DNA of 64,000 bases from an uncultured Verrucomicrobiae bacterium (lineage in GTDB: Bacteria; Verrucomicrobiota; Verrucomicrobiia; Palsa-1439), in the NCBI GenBank assembly GCA_963842185.1, contig CAWJFL010000022.1, positions 15,642 through 79,641 on the forward strand, in the 5' to 3' direction. Shown here piece by piece: positions 29,992-40,260 of this stretch (position 1 is its first letter; the number at the start of each line of letters is the position of its first letter). The position numbers and the translations under genes were made by a program. Below the pieces are notes generated by a model. That model saw only the letters and a list, made by a program, of their open reading frames with translations. It was not told the DNA's origin and did not search any database.

Positions 29992-30135
29992 AACTCATCA
30001 CTATCTGCCTAGCACTGATTTGAACCCGTTACAACTTTCCGCTATGGAACATACCGATGACTAGTCACACATCCGGTGGTGGGGATTTCGTCAAGTGCAT
30101 AAGCCCGTTCCTATTTACAAACTAGAACACCGGCA

Positions 30136-30368
30136 GCCTTCGCCCGCGCTCCCTGTCGCCCCGTAGCGCTCTGCGCGAAGGCGGATGCCCGTCGTCAACC
30201 CTGCGTTTCGAATTTCGACATTCGGATTTCGAGTTTCGTGTAAGGGCCTCACCGCCCTACAATTTACGGAGCAGACGTCGCGAAGGGTTTTGCCCGATTT
30301 GGCCCCTCAACAAATCGGGCAAAGATCCAACCAGCCGCTCTCCGCGATCTCCGCGCCTCTGCGTGAGA
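30136..30368. repeat. Cluster of short repeats and palindromes
   Basis: GCCTTCGC/GCGAAGGC stem (30136-30182); about 5 TTTCGAn heptamers (30206-30238); perfect 13-bp hairpin (30289-30323); CTCTCCGCGATCTCCGCGCCTCTGCGTGAGA (30338-30368). Confidence 0.6.
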
Positions 30369-30383
30369 CAACGCCGCTGCCCG

Positions 30384-31190
30384 CTACAACCACGCCGCGA
30401 TCCGGTCCGCAATCCCCTTGTCACAGACCGGGCCCAACACCTTCCGGACGCGTTCCTTGGCCTGATCCCGGGGATATTCCACATCGTACTTCTCCACCCG
30501 CCACTCGTTCCCCTCCAGCTCGTCGAGAATCAGGTATTCGGGCCGCCGCTCGGCGTTGGTCGGGAATCCAACCGACCCCGTGCCGATCCAGCCGAGATCG
30601 TCTCGTCTCAATCGGACCGGGTGCGGATCGCGCCCTTCCCCCTCATGCGTCGTCATCGGCACGAGCACGATCGGTTTCTCTTCCTCGGATACCTCCGCCC
30701 GCATCATATGGGTGTGGCCATAGAAACACACCCGCCCGTTGTTAAACCGCAAACAGGCCAACTCGACCTTCGCGTTCCGGGCCGCGCGATGATACCCGCC
30801 GCTGCTCGGCGCCACCAGCGAGTCGTGCGTCAACCAGATCGTGTCATTCACGCACGTCGTCAGATACGGCGCGTCGATGAACTCCTTCGCCCACGGCTTG
30901 TCCTCCATTAGCCCCCACGTGTACGCCAGCGTCTGGATCGCTTCCGGGCTGTACCCGGTCGATTCCACGTCCCCGCGCAGCGCCAGTTCATGGTTTCCCG
31001 CCACCCAGGCCAGGTTGCTGTTGTCCACCAAGGGCTTTAGCCGCTCCATGCACTCCAGGGGGTCCGGGCCGTACCCGATGAGATCGCCGACGAACAAATA
31101 CGCTTCCGCGCCGCGGGCTTGGCCAGCCGCCAACACGGCATCCAGCGCCAACAGGTTCGCGTGTACGTCTCCAAATACGAGGTATCTCAT
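30384..31190 (-). CDS. Calcineurin-like metallophosphoesterase
   Basis: GDVHAN, GDLIGYG, GNHE, GHTH, GSVG.P. Confidence 0.92.
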   Translation of the reverse strand: MRYLVFGDVHANLLALDAVLAAGQARGAEAYLFVGDLIGYGPDPLECMERLKPLVDNSNLAWVAGNHELALRGDVESTGYSPEAIQTLAYTWGLMEDKPWAKEFIDAPYLTTCVNDTIWLTHDSLVAPSSGGYHRAARNAKVELACLRFNNGRVCFYGHTHMMRAEVSEEEKPIVLVPMTTHEGEGRDPHPVRLRRDDLGWIGTGSVGFPTNAERRPEYLILDELEGNEWRVEKYDVEYPRDQAKERVRKVLGPVCDKGIADRIAAWL

Positions 31191-31193
31191 CGG

Positions 31194-32015
31194 TCAAGCC
31201 TTATCCGCCGCGGTTCGACCATGCTCACCACAAGCCAATAGCGCCGCACCCGTCACGACCACCGTCTCCCCCAGCGCCGCGGGAACAATCCGGAAATTCC
31301 GGCGAAACGGCCCGAATACGAACCCCTTCGCCGTCTCGCGGACGGGTCGCAAAAACTTCTCGCCCGCTCGCGCCACGCCGCCGCCGACCACCACAATGTC
31401 CGGATTGAGCAACGTGATCGCGTTGGCGAGGGCAACACCGTAATACCTGGCCGACTGCGCCAGCGTGGTCTTCCCTCGCTCGATCGACAATCCCGACGAC
31501 AATTCCTCCAGAATCCGCCACCGGCCGCGCACGAAAAATCGGGTGTGACCGATCTCCGTCGCGCCGAATCGCCCGTTCTGAATCTTCCCGTCGACCACAA
31601 ACCCGCCGCCGATTCCGGTCCCGACGTTCGAGTACAGCACCGCCCGCCGTCCCCGACCCGCGCCGATCCGCGCCTCCGCCAGCGTCGCGACATTGGTATC
31701 GTTTTCGATAACGGTCGGCAGTTGGAAGCGTTGCCGAAACCATCGCCGCAAGGCAAACCCGTCCCAACCGTCGATATGAAAGGAGCGCATTACCCGGCCA
31801 TGGGGAGCATCTACCGGGCCACCAAAACCAACCCCGATGCCCCGCACCGCACGGTCGTCCAGCAACGGTGGAATGATCTGTCCCAGTTGCTTGAGAATCC
31901 CGCGAGCGCCGTCGCGTCGCACGACCGCGACCCGCACGAGTTGGACGATTCGACCCCGCCGGTCGCACACGCCCACCTGTAGCTTCGTCCCGCCGATCTC
32001 CACGCCGAGGTACAT
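31194..32015 (-). CDS. ROK-family sugar kinase
   Basis: GVEIGGTK, GFGGPVD, ENDTN.A.LAE, GTGIGGG, EIGH. Confidence 0.9.
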   Translation of the reverse strand: MYLGVEIGGTKLQVGVCDRRGRIVQLVRVAVVRRDGARGILKQLGQIIPPLLDDRAVRGIGVGFGGPVDAPHGRVMRSFHIDGWDGFALRRWFRQRFQLPTVIENDTNVATLAEARIGAGRGRRAVLYSNVGTGIGGGFVVDGKIQNGRFGATEIGHTRFFVRGRWRILEELSSGLSIERGKTTLAQSARYYGVALANAITLLNPDIVVVGGGVARAGEKFLRPVRETAKGFVFGPFRRNFRIVPAALGETVVVTGAALLACGEHGRTAADKA

Positions 32016-32151
32016 GAGCTGTGAGCCTTAGTTTACGGAAGTGCCACAGGCCAATCCAGAGCTAATTCGCGCGAATGCGCCCGTCACCAGTCGTGTCAGC
32101 ATTTTGCTATAACCGCCTGCGGCGTGGCCTACCGACGACACGGTAAAAGAG

Positions 32152-33516
<1,365 letters not shown>

Positions 33517-33532
33517 AAAGCCATCACGCTCA

Positions 33533-34312
33533 TTAGTTCCCGCCGCCGTGCTGTCCGGCGCCCGGCGGCATCATGTGCTGCATGTTGCTCATCATCATTT
33601 CCTGGATGCTACCATACTTCGTAAAGTCGCTCGGGGGATCGAACAAGGACGCGTCCGGGGCCGACAACTTGACATTGCTGAAGTGCGTCGTGATCGTCGC
33701 GCCATTGGCCTGCATCTCGGTTTTGATCGGGAAATTGTTGAGATCGGTTGCCTGCCACGCGAACATCTCGTGCTGAGAACCGTCATCCTCGGTGATGGTG
33801 ATCTTGTTCTTGACGCACGCGTGGCCGTCCACGGTGTCCTTGCCAACCTGCGTGACATCAACCTTGGGTTCCTTTGGCTGCGGTTTGTCCGTCGGCGGAG
33901 CCTGCGGAGGCGTCATCTCCGTGTAGGATTTCAACCCCGGATACATAAGGTACATGACCTTCTTGTCACTTCGGTAGATGTTCACGGCCCGATCCATGCC
34001 CATCTTTTTCATCTGGGCGACCGCTTGGGGCGGCATGGCTGCGCCTTTCGTGCTCGTCGTGTCGATGTCCGTGCGCAGGTTGCCTTTCAGGAACGAGTAG
34101 GCGGCTTCCATCTCCATGGGCGCACCGTGCTGGGCGTCCGCAATCGTGATGTCCGCCGTGGCCGTGAACGCCTGGTTGTTGCCAAATACCTTCGCCATGT
34201 CCGCGCTGCCGAAATCGCGCGGCCCGCCGCCAACCATCCGTTGCGCAAACCCCGTCGGGACTGCCAGAACCGTCATCACCGCCATCACCGCGTAGACACG
34301 CCATGCCTTCAT
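33533..34312 (-). CDS. Exported DUF4412-like protein
   Basis: Signal peptide; beta-rich body with ETVDGHAC-like GKDTVDGHACVK and W.A.DL..FP motifs, C-terminal LFDPPSDF. Confidence 0.7.
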   Translation of the reverse strand: MKAWRVYAVMAVMTVLAVPTGFAQRMVGGGPRDFGSADMAKVFGNNQAFTATADITIADAQHGAPMEMEAAYSFLKGNLRTDIDTTSTKGAAMPPQAVAQMKKMGMDRAVNIYRSDKKVMYLMYPGLKSYTEMTPPQAPPTDKPQPKEPKVDVTQVGKDTVDGHACVKNKITITEDDGSQHEMFAWQATDLNNFPIKTEMQANGATITTHFSNVKLSAPDASLFDPPSDFTKYGSIQEMMMSNMQHMMPPGAGQHGGGN

Positions 34313-34417
34313 AGATCGTTTCTCCTTTTGCTTGGTGGCGCTGACCGTAGCAAGCACTATGCGGCTACAACAACAAAAAAATCGCCGCCCGCGCCGCGCT
34401 TCGCTACAGTGTGCCTC

Positions 34418-35068
34418 GTGAAACACGATATCCGCGCGGTGCTGTTTGATCTCGATGGGACGCTGGCCGACACGCTTGCCGATCTGGCCAACGCCACCAA
34501 CTGGGCCCTCCTGCAGCTCGGTTGCCCGCCCTGCCCCGTCGACAGCTATCGTTACAAGCTCGGTGATGGCGCGCGCGAACTCTGCGCCCGCGCGCTGCCC
34601 GCGGACAAACAGGGCTTGACTGATGATGTCTTGCGGCTAATGCGGCAGCACTACGACGAGCACTGCTTTGACCTCACGCGGCTGTACCCGGGAATTGCCG
34701 AACTGGTTTCGGCGCTCGCGGAGCGACGCCTTCAACTGGCGGTGCTCTCCAACAAACCCGACCACTTCACCAAGCGGGTGATCGCCCATTATTTCAATCC
34801 CTCACCCTTTGCCATCGTGCGCGGCCAGTTGCCCAATGTCCCGCTCAAACCCGATCCGACCGCCGCCTTGCACATTGCCCAGGAACTTGGTATTCCGCCC
34901 GTCCACTGGTTGTACCTCGGCGACACGAATACCGACATGCACACGGCGCGCGCGGCCGGGATGCATTCCGTCGGCGTGCTCTGGGGTTTTCGCGACCGCG
35001 CCGAGTTGCTCGAGAGTGGCGCGGAGCACATCCTGGCGAAGCCGCGTGACCTGCTCGACTTGTTGTAG
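34418..35068 (+). CDS. HAD-family hydrolase (phosphoglycolate phosphatase-like)
   Basis: LFDLDGTLAD, LSNKP, KPDP, GDTNTD; GTG start inside a long shadow ORF. Confidence 0.9.
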   Translation: MKHDIRAVLFDLDGTLADTLADLANATNWALLQLGCPPCPVDSYRYKLGDGARELCARALPADKQGLTDDVLRLMRQHYDEHCFDLTRLYPGIAELVSALAERRLQLAVLSNKPDHFTKRVIAHYFNPSPFAIVRGQLPNVPLKPDPTAALHIAQELGIPPVHWLYLGDTNTDMHTARAAGMHSVGVLWGFRDRAELLESGAEHILAKPRDLLDLL

Positions 35069-35082
35069 GGACGAGAATGCAA

Positions 35083-35123
35083 ACGAAAAGGGACGCCTCG
35101 CTGCACCGAGACGTCCCTTTCGT
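35083..35123. terminator. Probable bidirectional terminator between the convergent HAD and RRM genes
   Basis: AAAAGGGACG-c-CTCG-ctgcac-CGAG-a-CGTCCCTTT. Confidence 0.7.
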
Positions 35124-35147
35124 GAATACTATCGGATGATTGTCGGA

Positions 35148-35489
35148 TTAACGACGACCACGGCCGCCGCCGCCGAAGTCGCGCTTGCCGCCACGACCAC
35201 CGCCGCCGCCACCGCCGCCGAAGTCGCCGCGGGGACGTTCCTCACGCGGACGCGCTTCGTTGACCGTTAGGGCGCGGCCATCGATTTCCTTGCCGTTGAA
35301 ATCGGTGACGGCCTTGTTGGCCTCTTCCTGCGTCCCCATTTGCACGAACGCAAAGCCGCGGGACTTGCCCGTGAACTTGTCCATGATGAGTTCGCAACTG
35401 ACCACGTTGCCCGCCTGCTTGAACAGGTCGAGAATCTGCCCCTCGGTCGTGTTAAACGAGAGGTTGCCTACGAATAACTTGGTTGCCAT
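35148..35489 (-). CDS. RRM RNA-binding protein with Gly/Arg-rich tail
   Basis: KLFVGNLSF (RNP2), SRGFAFV (RNP1), NEARPRE, GGGR tail. Confidence 0.95.
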   Translation of the reverse strand: MATKLFVGNLSFNTTEGQILDLFKQAGNVVSCELIMDKFTGKSRGFAFVQMGTQEEANKAVTDFNGKEIDGRALTVNEARPREERPRGDFGGGGGGGGRGGKRDFGGGGRGRR

Positions 35490-35634
35490 ACTGGGTTTCT
35501 TGGTATCCTTCTGCTGCGGTAGGAGGTCTCAGTGACTGTTCCCGCTCATCGGGTTTCGGACTGCCACCAAAGCGAACAGGGCTGACTGACATTCCACCAA
35601 TCTCACTGCGGCATCTTCCATTGCTAGCACCGAA

Positions 35635-35662
35635 AGAGTAGCCCAAATTCGCGAAATTGCAA
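35635..35662 (-). promoter_or_regulatory. Sigma70-like promoter of the RRM gene
   Basis: Minus strand TTGCAA-N16-TACTCT, about 140 nt leader. Confidence 0.5.
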
Positions 35663-35774
35663 CTGTTTTCTGGGTGACGGAAGTCGCTGGAACACAACCG
35701 GTTTTGCCCGTCCGGGCTCAGATTCGGCCAGAATACACCCTGCGGAAACCCACACGGTCGCGCGCTGACTCCGA

Positions 35775-37010
35775 TCACTTGAACGATAACTTCACCGATT
35801 TCCCATTGAGTTGAAAAGTTGATTCGAGTGTGAAGCCATCGTCGGTCTCCGTATAGGTAAATGCTTGGCCGGTAGAAGGGTCGGGATGTGATTGGAGCGC
35901 GTCCGGCCCATCCTGCATAATCGCCAGGCCGGCCGCAGCCATCGTACTTTGCACCGTCATCGCCTGTGTTTTGTCTACCACTCTGGTGGGCGTGAACAGC
36001 ATATCAACAAAAGGGTTTGTACTCCGGACCGCCTCCAGACCGGTCATCCAATCCTGGTATTGGTCTTCTGGCAATTCCAGTGCATTGGCGAATTGCCTCT
36101 CGAGTTCTGTAACCTGGCGGATGTCCGCGATGGCCTGCGCTGGTCCCATCGACTGAATCCGGGATGCGGATCCGTCGTCGCCCACCTGCATCAGCTCGCG
36201 CATCGCCTCTTCCGGCGGCAGGGCAGCCAACTCATCCGCGATTCTCGTGATTTCGCCTGCGTTCTCCACGTACGCACGACGCAATCCCTCAACGTAGTTG
36301 GCGTCATTCAATAGTTCCGCCAAGCGCGTGTCGCCCGTACTGGCCAACAGGCTCGCATGCCCCGCGGCCGATTCGACCACCAAGCCCTGAATTGCCAGAT
36401 TCACCAGGTGCGCAATCACCGTCGCAGGCGACGATACATTCTGACCAAGCCGAGAAGTCGCAATCAGATCATCGACCGCCGACGACGGGTCATTCGTTCG
36501 ACAGTGGGCCACGCTCCAGACCGCCGCTCGCGCCAGGTCTCGGCTGGATTGGAGATACGGAAACCGCGTCGTGACCGTGATGGGTTGCTCGACTCCCCAA
36601 TCGCAATTCGACACCGCCGCAGCCTGATGCATCAGGTCGCAAATCGGCTGTATCTTCCCACAGAGTTCCGCCGCCACCGACGCATCAACATTCGTGGCCC
36701 CGCCTCTGATTAGATCTTTCTCCTCCTTCGAAAGCGCGTCGAAAAGGGCGAAGGCCTGCCGATAGATTGTGGCCGCGTTAGTAACCACCTCGGCGACCTG
36801 ATTGGTGGGCGTTTTGCGCGAGACTTCCTCGTCCGGTGTGAACAGGGGCGTGGCCGGCGGGGCGCTCGGCGTTACAGTGGCGACCCCAACCGATTGGTCC
36901 GATGTGGAAGCGTTCTCGCGCAGGACAAGCCAACCGAGGAGCAGCAGGAGCGCAAGGCCGCAAAATCCCGCCACCGCATAACGGATCGTTCGGCTCTGGG
37001 ACTGGTCCAT
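35775..37010 (-). CDS. Membrane-anchored hypothetical protein
   Basis: N-terminal TM helix, PAST-rich linker, helical body, C-terminal DPSTGQAFTY...GFTLES. Confidence 0.7.
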   Translation of the reverse strand: MDQSQSRTIRYAVAGFCGLALLLLLGWLVLRENASTSDQSVGVATVTPSAPPATPLFTPDEEVSRKTPTNQVAEVVTNAATIYRQAFALFDALSKEEKDLIRGGATNVDASVAAELCGKIQPICDLMHQAAAVSNCDWGVEQPITVTTRFPYLQSSRDLARAAVWSVAHCRTNDPSSAVDDLIATSRLGQNVSSPATVIAHLVNLAIQGLVVESAAGHASLLASTGDTRLAELLNDANYVEGLRRAYVENAGEITRIADELAALPPEEAMRELMQVGDDGSASRIQSMGPAQAIADIRQVTELERQFANALELPEDQYQDWMTGLEAVRSTNPFVDMLFTPTRVVDKTQAMTVQSTMAAAGLAIMQDGPDALQSHPDPSTGQAFTYTETDDGFTLESTFQLNGKSVKLSFK

Positions 37011-37094
37011 TCGATCGGAACCTAGGCCCCAATCCTAACAGACGCACCTCCGCCCGCAAGCTGTTTGGCAAGCGCAACCAGTTGAAGAAAGGCG

Positions 37095-38312
37095 TTACTT
37101 CCGGTTGGCCTTCTTCAATACCGCCGCCCGCGTCCGCAAGCGCAGCGCATTCAACTGGATGAAGCCGGTGGCGTCGGTCTGGTTGTAGGCGCCTTTGTCA
37201 GCTTCCATCGTGGCAATGTACGGGTTGTACAGCGACACGGAGCTCTTGCGGCCCGCGGTGATGATGTTGCCCTTGTAGAGCTTCAGTCGCACGGTGCCGG
37301 TGACGTTCTGCTGGCTCTCGGTAACGAATGCCTGGAGCGCCTCGCGTTCGGGGCTGAACCAGAATCCGTAGTACACCAGCTCGGCGTACCGCGGGATGAG
37401 CGAGTCGCGCAGATGCATAACTTCCCGGTCCAGCGTCAGCGTCTCGACTTGTCGATGGGCAAAATGCAGGATTGTCCCGCCGGGCGTTTCGTACACACCC
37501 CGCGATTTCATGCCGACGAACCGGTTCTCGACGAGATCGACGCGGCCAATACCGTGTTTGCCGCCAAGCTTGTTGAGCGTGCGCAGGACGTTGGCGGGCG
37601 ACAACTTCTTGCCGTTGACCGCCACGCAATTGCCCGACTCGAAATCGAGTTCCACGTACTCGGGCTTGTCCGGCGCGTCCTCGGGCGACACGCTGAGTTT
37701 GAACATGTCCTTTGGCGGCTCAACCCACGGATCCTCCAGAATGCCGCTCTCGAAGGAAATGTGCAGAAGATTGCGGTCCATCGAGTACGGTTTTTTCGCG
37801 CTGGCCTCGACCTGGATGCCTTTTTCGGCGCAATACGCGAGCATCTCGGCGCGGCCCTTGAATCGGTTGTGGTACTCGGGCAACCGCCACGGCGCGATGA
37901 TCTTCAAATCCGGCGCGAGCGCAGCGTACGTCAATTCGAACCGGCACTGGTCGTTGCCCTTCCCCGTCGCGCCGTGCGCCACGGTGTCGGCCTGTTCCTT
38001 GCGCGCGATATCCACCTGCGCCTTCGCGATCAGCGGCCGGGCGATGCTCGTGCCAAGATAATACTGGTTCTCGTAGATCGCGCCCGCCTGGACGATCGGG
38101 AAAATAAAGTCGCGCGCGAATTCCTCGACGAGGTCGAGCGCGTAGAACTTGCTGGCGCCCGTGGCCTTCGCTTTCTTGTCGAGGCCCTTGAGTTCCTCTT
38201 CCTGGCCGATGTCGGCGCAGTACGCGACGACCTCGCACCGATAAGTTTCTTTCAACCAGTGCAAAATGACAGACGTGTCCAGTCCGCCCGAATACGCGAC
38301 AATGATTTTCAT
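37095..38312 (-). CDS. argG: Argininosuccinate synthase
   Basis: [54 protein letters not shown]. Confidence 0.97.
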   Translation of the reverse strand: MKIIVAYSGGLDTSVILHWLKETYRCEVVAYCADIGQEEELKGLDKKAKATGASKFYALDLVEEFARDFIFPIVQAGAIYENQYYLGTSIARPLIAKAQVDIARKEQADTVAHGATGKGNDQCRFELTYAALAPDLKIIAPWRLPEYHNRFKGRAEMLAYCAEKGIQVEASAKKPYSMDRNLLHISFESGILEDPWVEPPKDMFKLSVSPEDAPDKPEYVELDFESGNCVAVNGKKLSPANVLRTLNKLGGKHGIGRVDLVENRFVGMKSRGVYETPGGTILHFAHRQVETLTLDREVMHLRDSLIPRYAELVYYGFWFSPEREALQAFVTESQQNVTGTVRLKLYKGNIITAGRKSSVSLYNPYIATMEADKGAYNQTDATGFIQLNALRLRTRAAVLKKANRK

Positions 38313-38395
38313 AAGCGCGCACGTTGTAAGGCTGTTGGCGGCAAAAATCACGAAAAATCTCGACTCACCTGCCCGCATGGCCTACCAAGTGCCCC

Positions 38396-40147
38396 ATGAT
38401 CCGTCGCTGCCTCCCGTGGCTTGCCGTGGCACTGATCCTCGGCGTCGCGCTGGCATTGATGTGGCGACCGATGTGGGAGGAGACTGCCACCACGGACGAA
38501 ACAGCATTCCAGGGCGCCGGCTACTCCTACTGGCAGGGCCACCGCTACTATCTCAACGTCGAGCATCCACCCCTGATGCAGCTCTGGAGCGGTCTGCCGC
38601 TGACGTTCCTCGACGTAAAATTGCCCGCCGACGCGGAGTTGACCTTCGGAGACACGAACCAGGCCGTTTCGTCGACCCTGACCCAAGCCTGGGACTTTCG
38701 CATGGGAACAAACGCCGAGACACTGACCGCATCGGAGCGTTTCTACCATTATCCGGCACTGGAGACCGGGCTGTTTGGCCGGGCGTTGGTGTACGGCGGC
38801 GCAAACGACGCGGACAAACTGCTGTTCTGGGGGCGCTTCATGCAGGCGCTGGTCATGCTGGCGACAGGCTTGGTGGTGTTCCTGTGGACGAAATCACTCA
38901 GCAACACGACCGGCGGACTGTTTGCCCTCGCCGCATGGAGCTTCAACCCCATTGCCCTGGCTTACGGACATCTGATCATCACCGACCCCGGCATCACTTT
39001 GATGATCACGCTGGCGGTCTGGATGCTCTCCCGCTTTCTCAACTCGCCCCGCCCGCAAACGGCACTGGTCGCGGGAATCGCTTTCGGCGGCGCGCTATTG
39101 ACGAAACACACCGCAATCATTCTGATTCCGATGTTTGGCGTGCTCACGGTGGTCGCGTGGTGGAAGCAACGGCGCTCGATTCGCTCGGACTCGTTCCGGA
39201 GTCTCTTCGCCAACCTCTGCCTCGCCGGCGTGGCGGCATGGGCGACCGTTAACTTGTTTTATGTTCCGCACTGGTTGCCGCCGCCGCTGATCTCACCGGA
39301 CGACGCCCAACATCTTCACATTCCAGCGTGGTTTGTCCGTCTGAGGTGGCTGTTGGTCCCGCGAGACTTTTTCAAGGGATTCACGATCATGCTCCTCCAC
39401 GTGGTCAACGGCCACCACGCCTACCTGCTCAGCGAATGGTCGGACAACGGCTGGTGGTATTACTATCCCGTGGCCATTCTCGTGAAGACGCCGATAGCGC
39501 TGCTGCTCCTGATAATTTCGACCGTGGCGATGGCCTTGTGGCGAATCCGTCGATCGAGCTTTGTCGAAGCGGCTCCCTTGATTGGCGCTCTCACGTACCT
39601 GGCGTGCGCGATGACGAGCAAAGCCAACATCGGCATTCGTCACGTCTTACCGATGTATTCGCTCCTCGCCGTCGTGGCCGGAACCGAATGCGGCCGCGCG
39701 CGTGTGCGCGATCAACTCGTCGGTTGGCTGCTCGTCGCCTGGCTGTTGGTAGCGGCGCTCGTGGCCCATCCCGATTACATTGCCTACTTCAACGAGATCG
39801 TTGGCGGTCCCGCCAACGGCCAGGACTATCTGGTCGATTCCAATTTCGATTGGGGCCAGAACGGCAAAGCCCTGAAGCAATGGCTCGAAGCCAACCACGT
39901 CACCCATATCTACCTCGACTACTTCGGCACCGGCGCAGCCATTCGATACCTCGGCATACCCGCCGACTTCGTCAAACCAGAGCAGGTCCCGAAACTGCGC
40001 GATGGCTATCTGGTCATCTCCGCCACCCGCCTGATGCTGCCGGAATACCGGTGGTTGCGAGAAAATCACAAGCCGCTGACGCGAATTGCCAACACGTTGT
40101 TTGTCTACGTGTTGCCGCCTTCGTCACCCCAGTCCCCGCCGAAATGA
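38396..40147 (+). CDS. ArnT/PMT-like (GT-C) polytopic glycosyltransferase, paralog 1
   Basis: ATTDE first-loop motif, EHPPL, many TM helices, GWWYYYP, NIGIRH, DSNFDWGQ. Confidence 0.85.
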   Translation: MIRRCLPWLAVALILGVALALMWRPMWEETATTDETAFQGAGYSYWQGHRYYLNVEHPPLMQLWSGLPLTFLDVKLPADAELTFGDTNQAVSSTLTQAWDFRMGTNAETLTASERFYHYPALETGLFGRALVYGGANDADKLLFWGRFMQALVMLATGLVVFLWTKSLSNTTGGLFALAAWSFNPIALAYGHLIITDPGITLMITLAVWMLSRFLNSPRPQTALVAGIAFGGALLTKHTAIILIPMFGVLTVVAWWKQRRSIRSDSFRSLFANLCLAGVAAWATVNLFYVPHWLPPPLISPDDAQHLHIPAWFVRLRWLLVPRDFFKGFTIMLLHVVNGHHAYLLSEWSDNGWWYYYPVAILVKTPIALLLLIISTVAMALWRIRRSSFVEAAPLIGALTYLACAMTSKANIGIRHVLPMYSLLAVVAGTECGRARVRDQLVGWLLVAWLLVAALVAHPDYIAYFNEIVGGPANGQDYLVDSNFDWGQNGKALKQWLEANHVTHIYLDYFGTGAAIRYLGIPADFVKPEQVPKLRDGYLVISATRLMLPEYRWLRENHKPLTRIANTLFVYVLPPSSPQSPPK

Positions 40148-40260
40148 TTTTCGTGACCGAATCGACCAGCCTGCGAGCGCGGAGTCACTGACGGTGTCCG
40201 ACTGGGGCGGCTTCACAAAAGGCTCGTCGTAACAACGGGTTTGCCCTATGAATTTCCACC

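Larger units (their letters stand above)
26192..30107 (+). mobile_element. IS1595-family transposon carrying passenger genes (3,916 bp)
   Basis: Left IR CGGAATTATGCACTTGAC (26192-26209); right IR reverse complement CGGGCTTATGCACTTGAC (30090-30107), 16/18 match; 8-bp direct repeat TTCCTATT at 26184-26191 and 30108-30115. Confidence 0.92.

Noticed and set aside
30206-30238. CRISPR array or iteron set
   Set aside because: 7-bp units with no spacers and no cas or rep gene nearby
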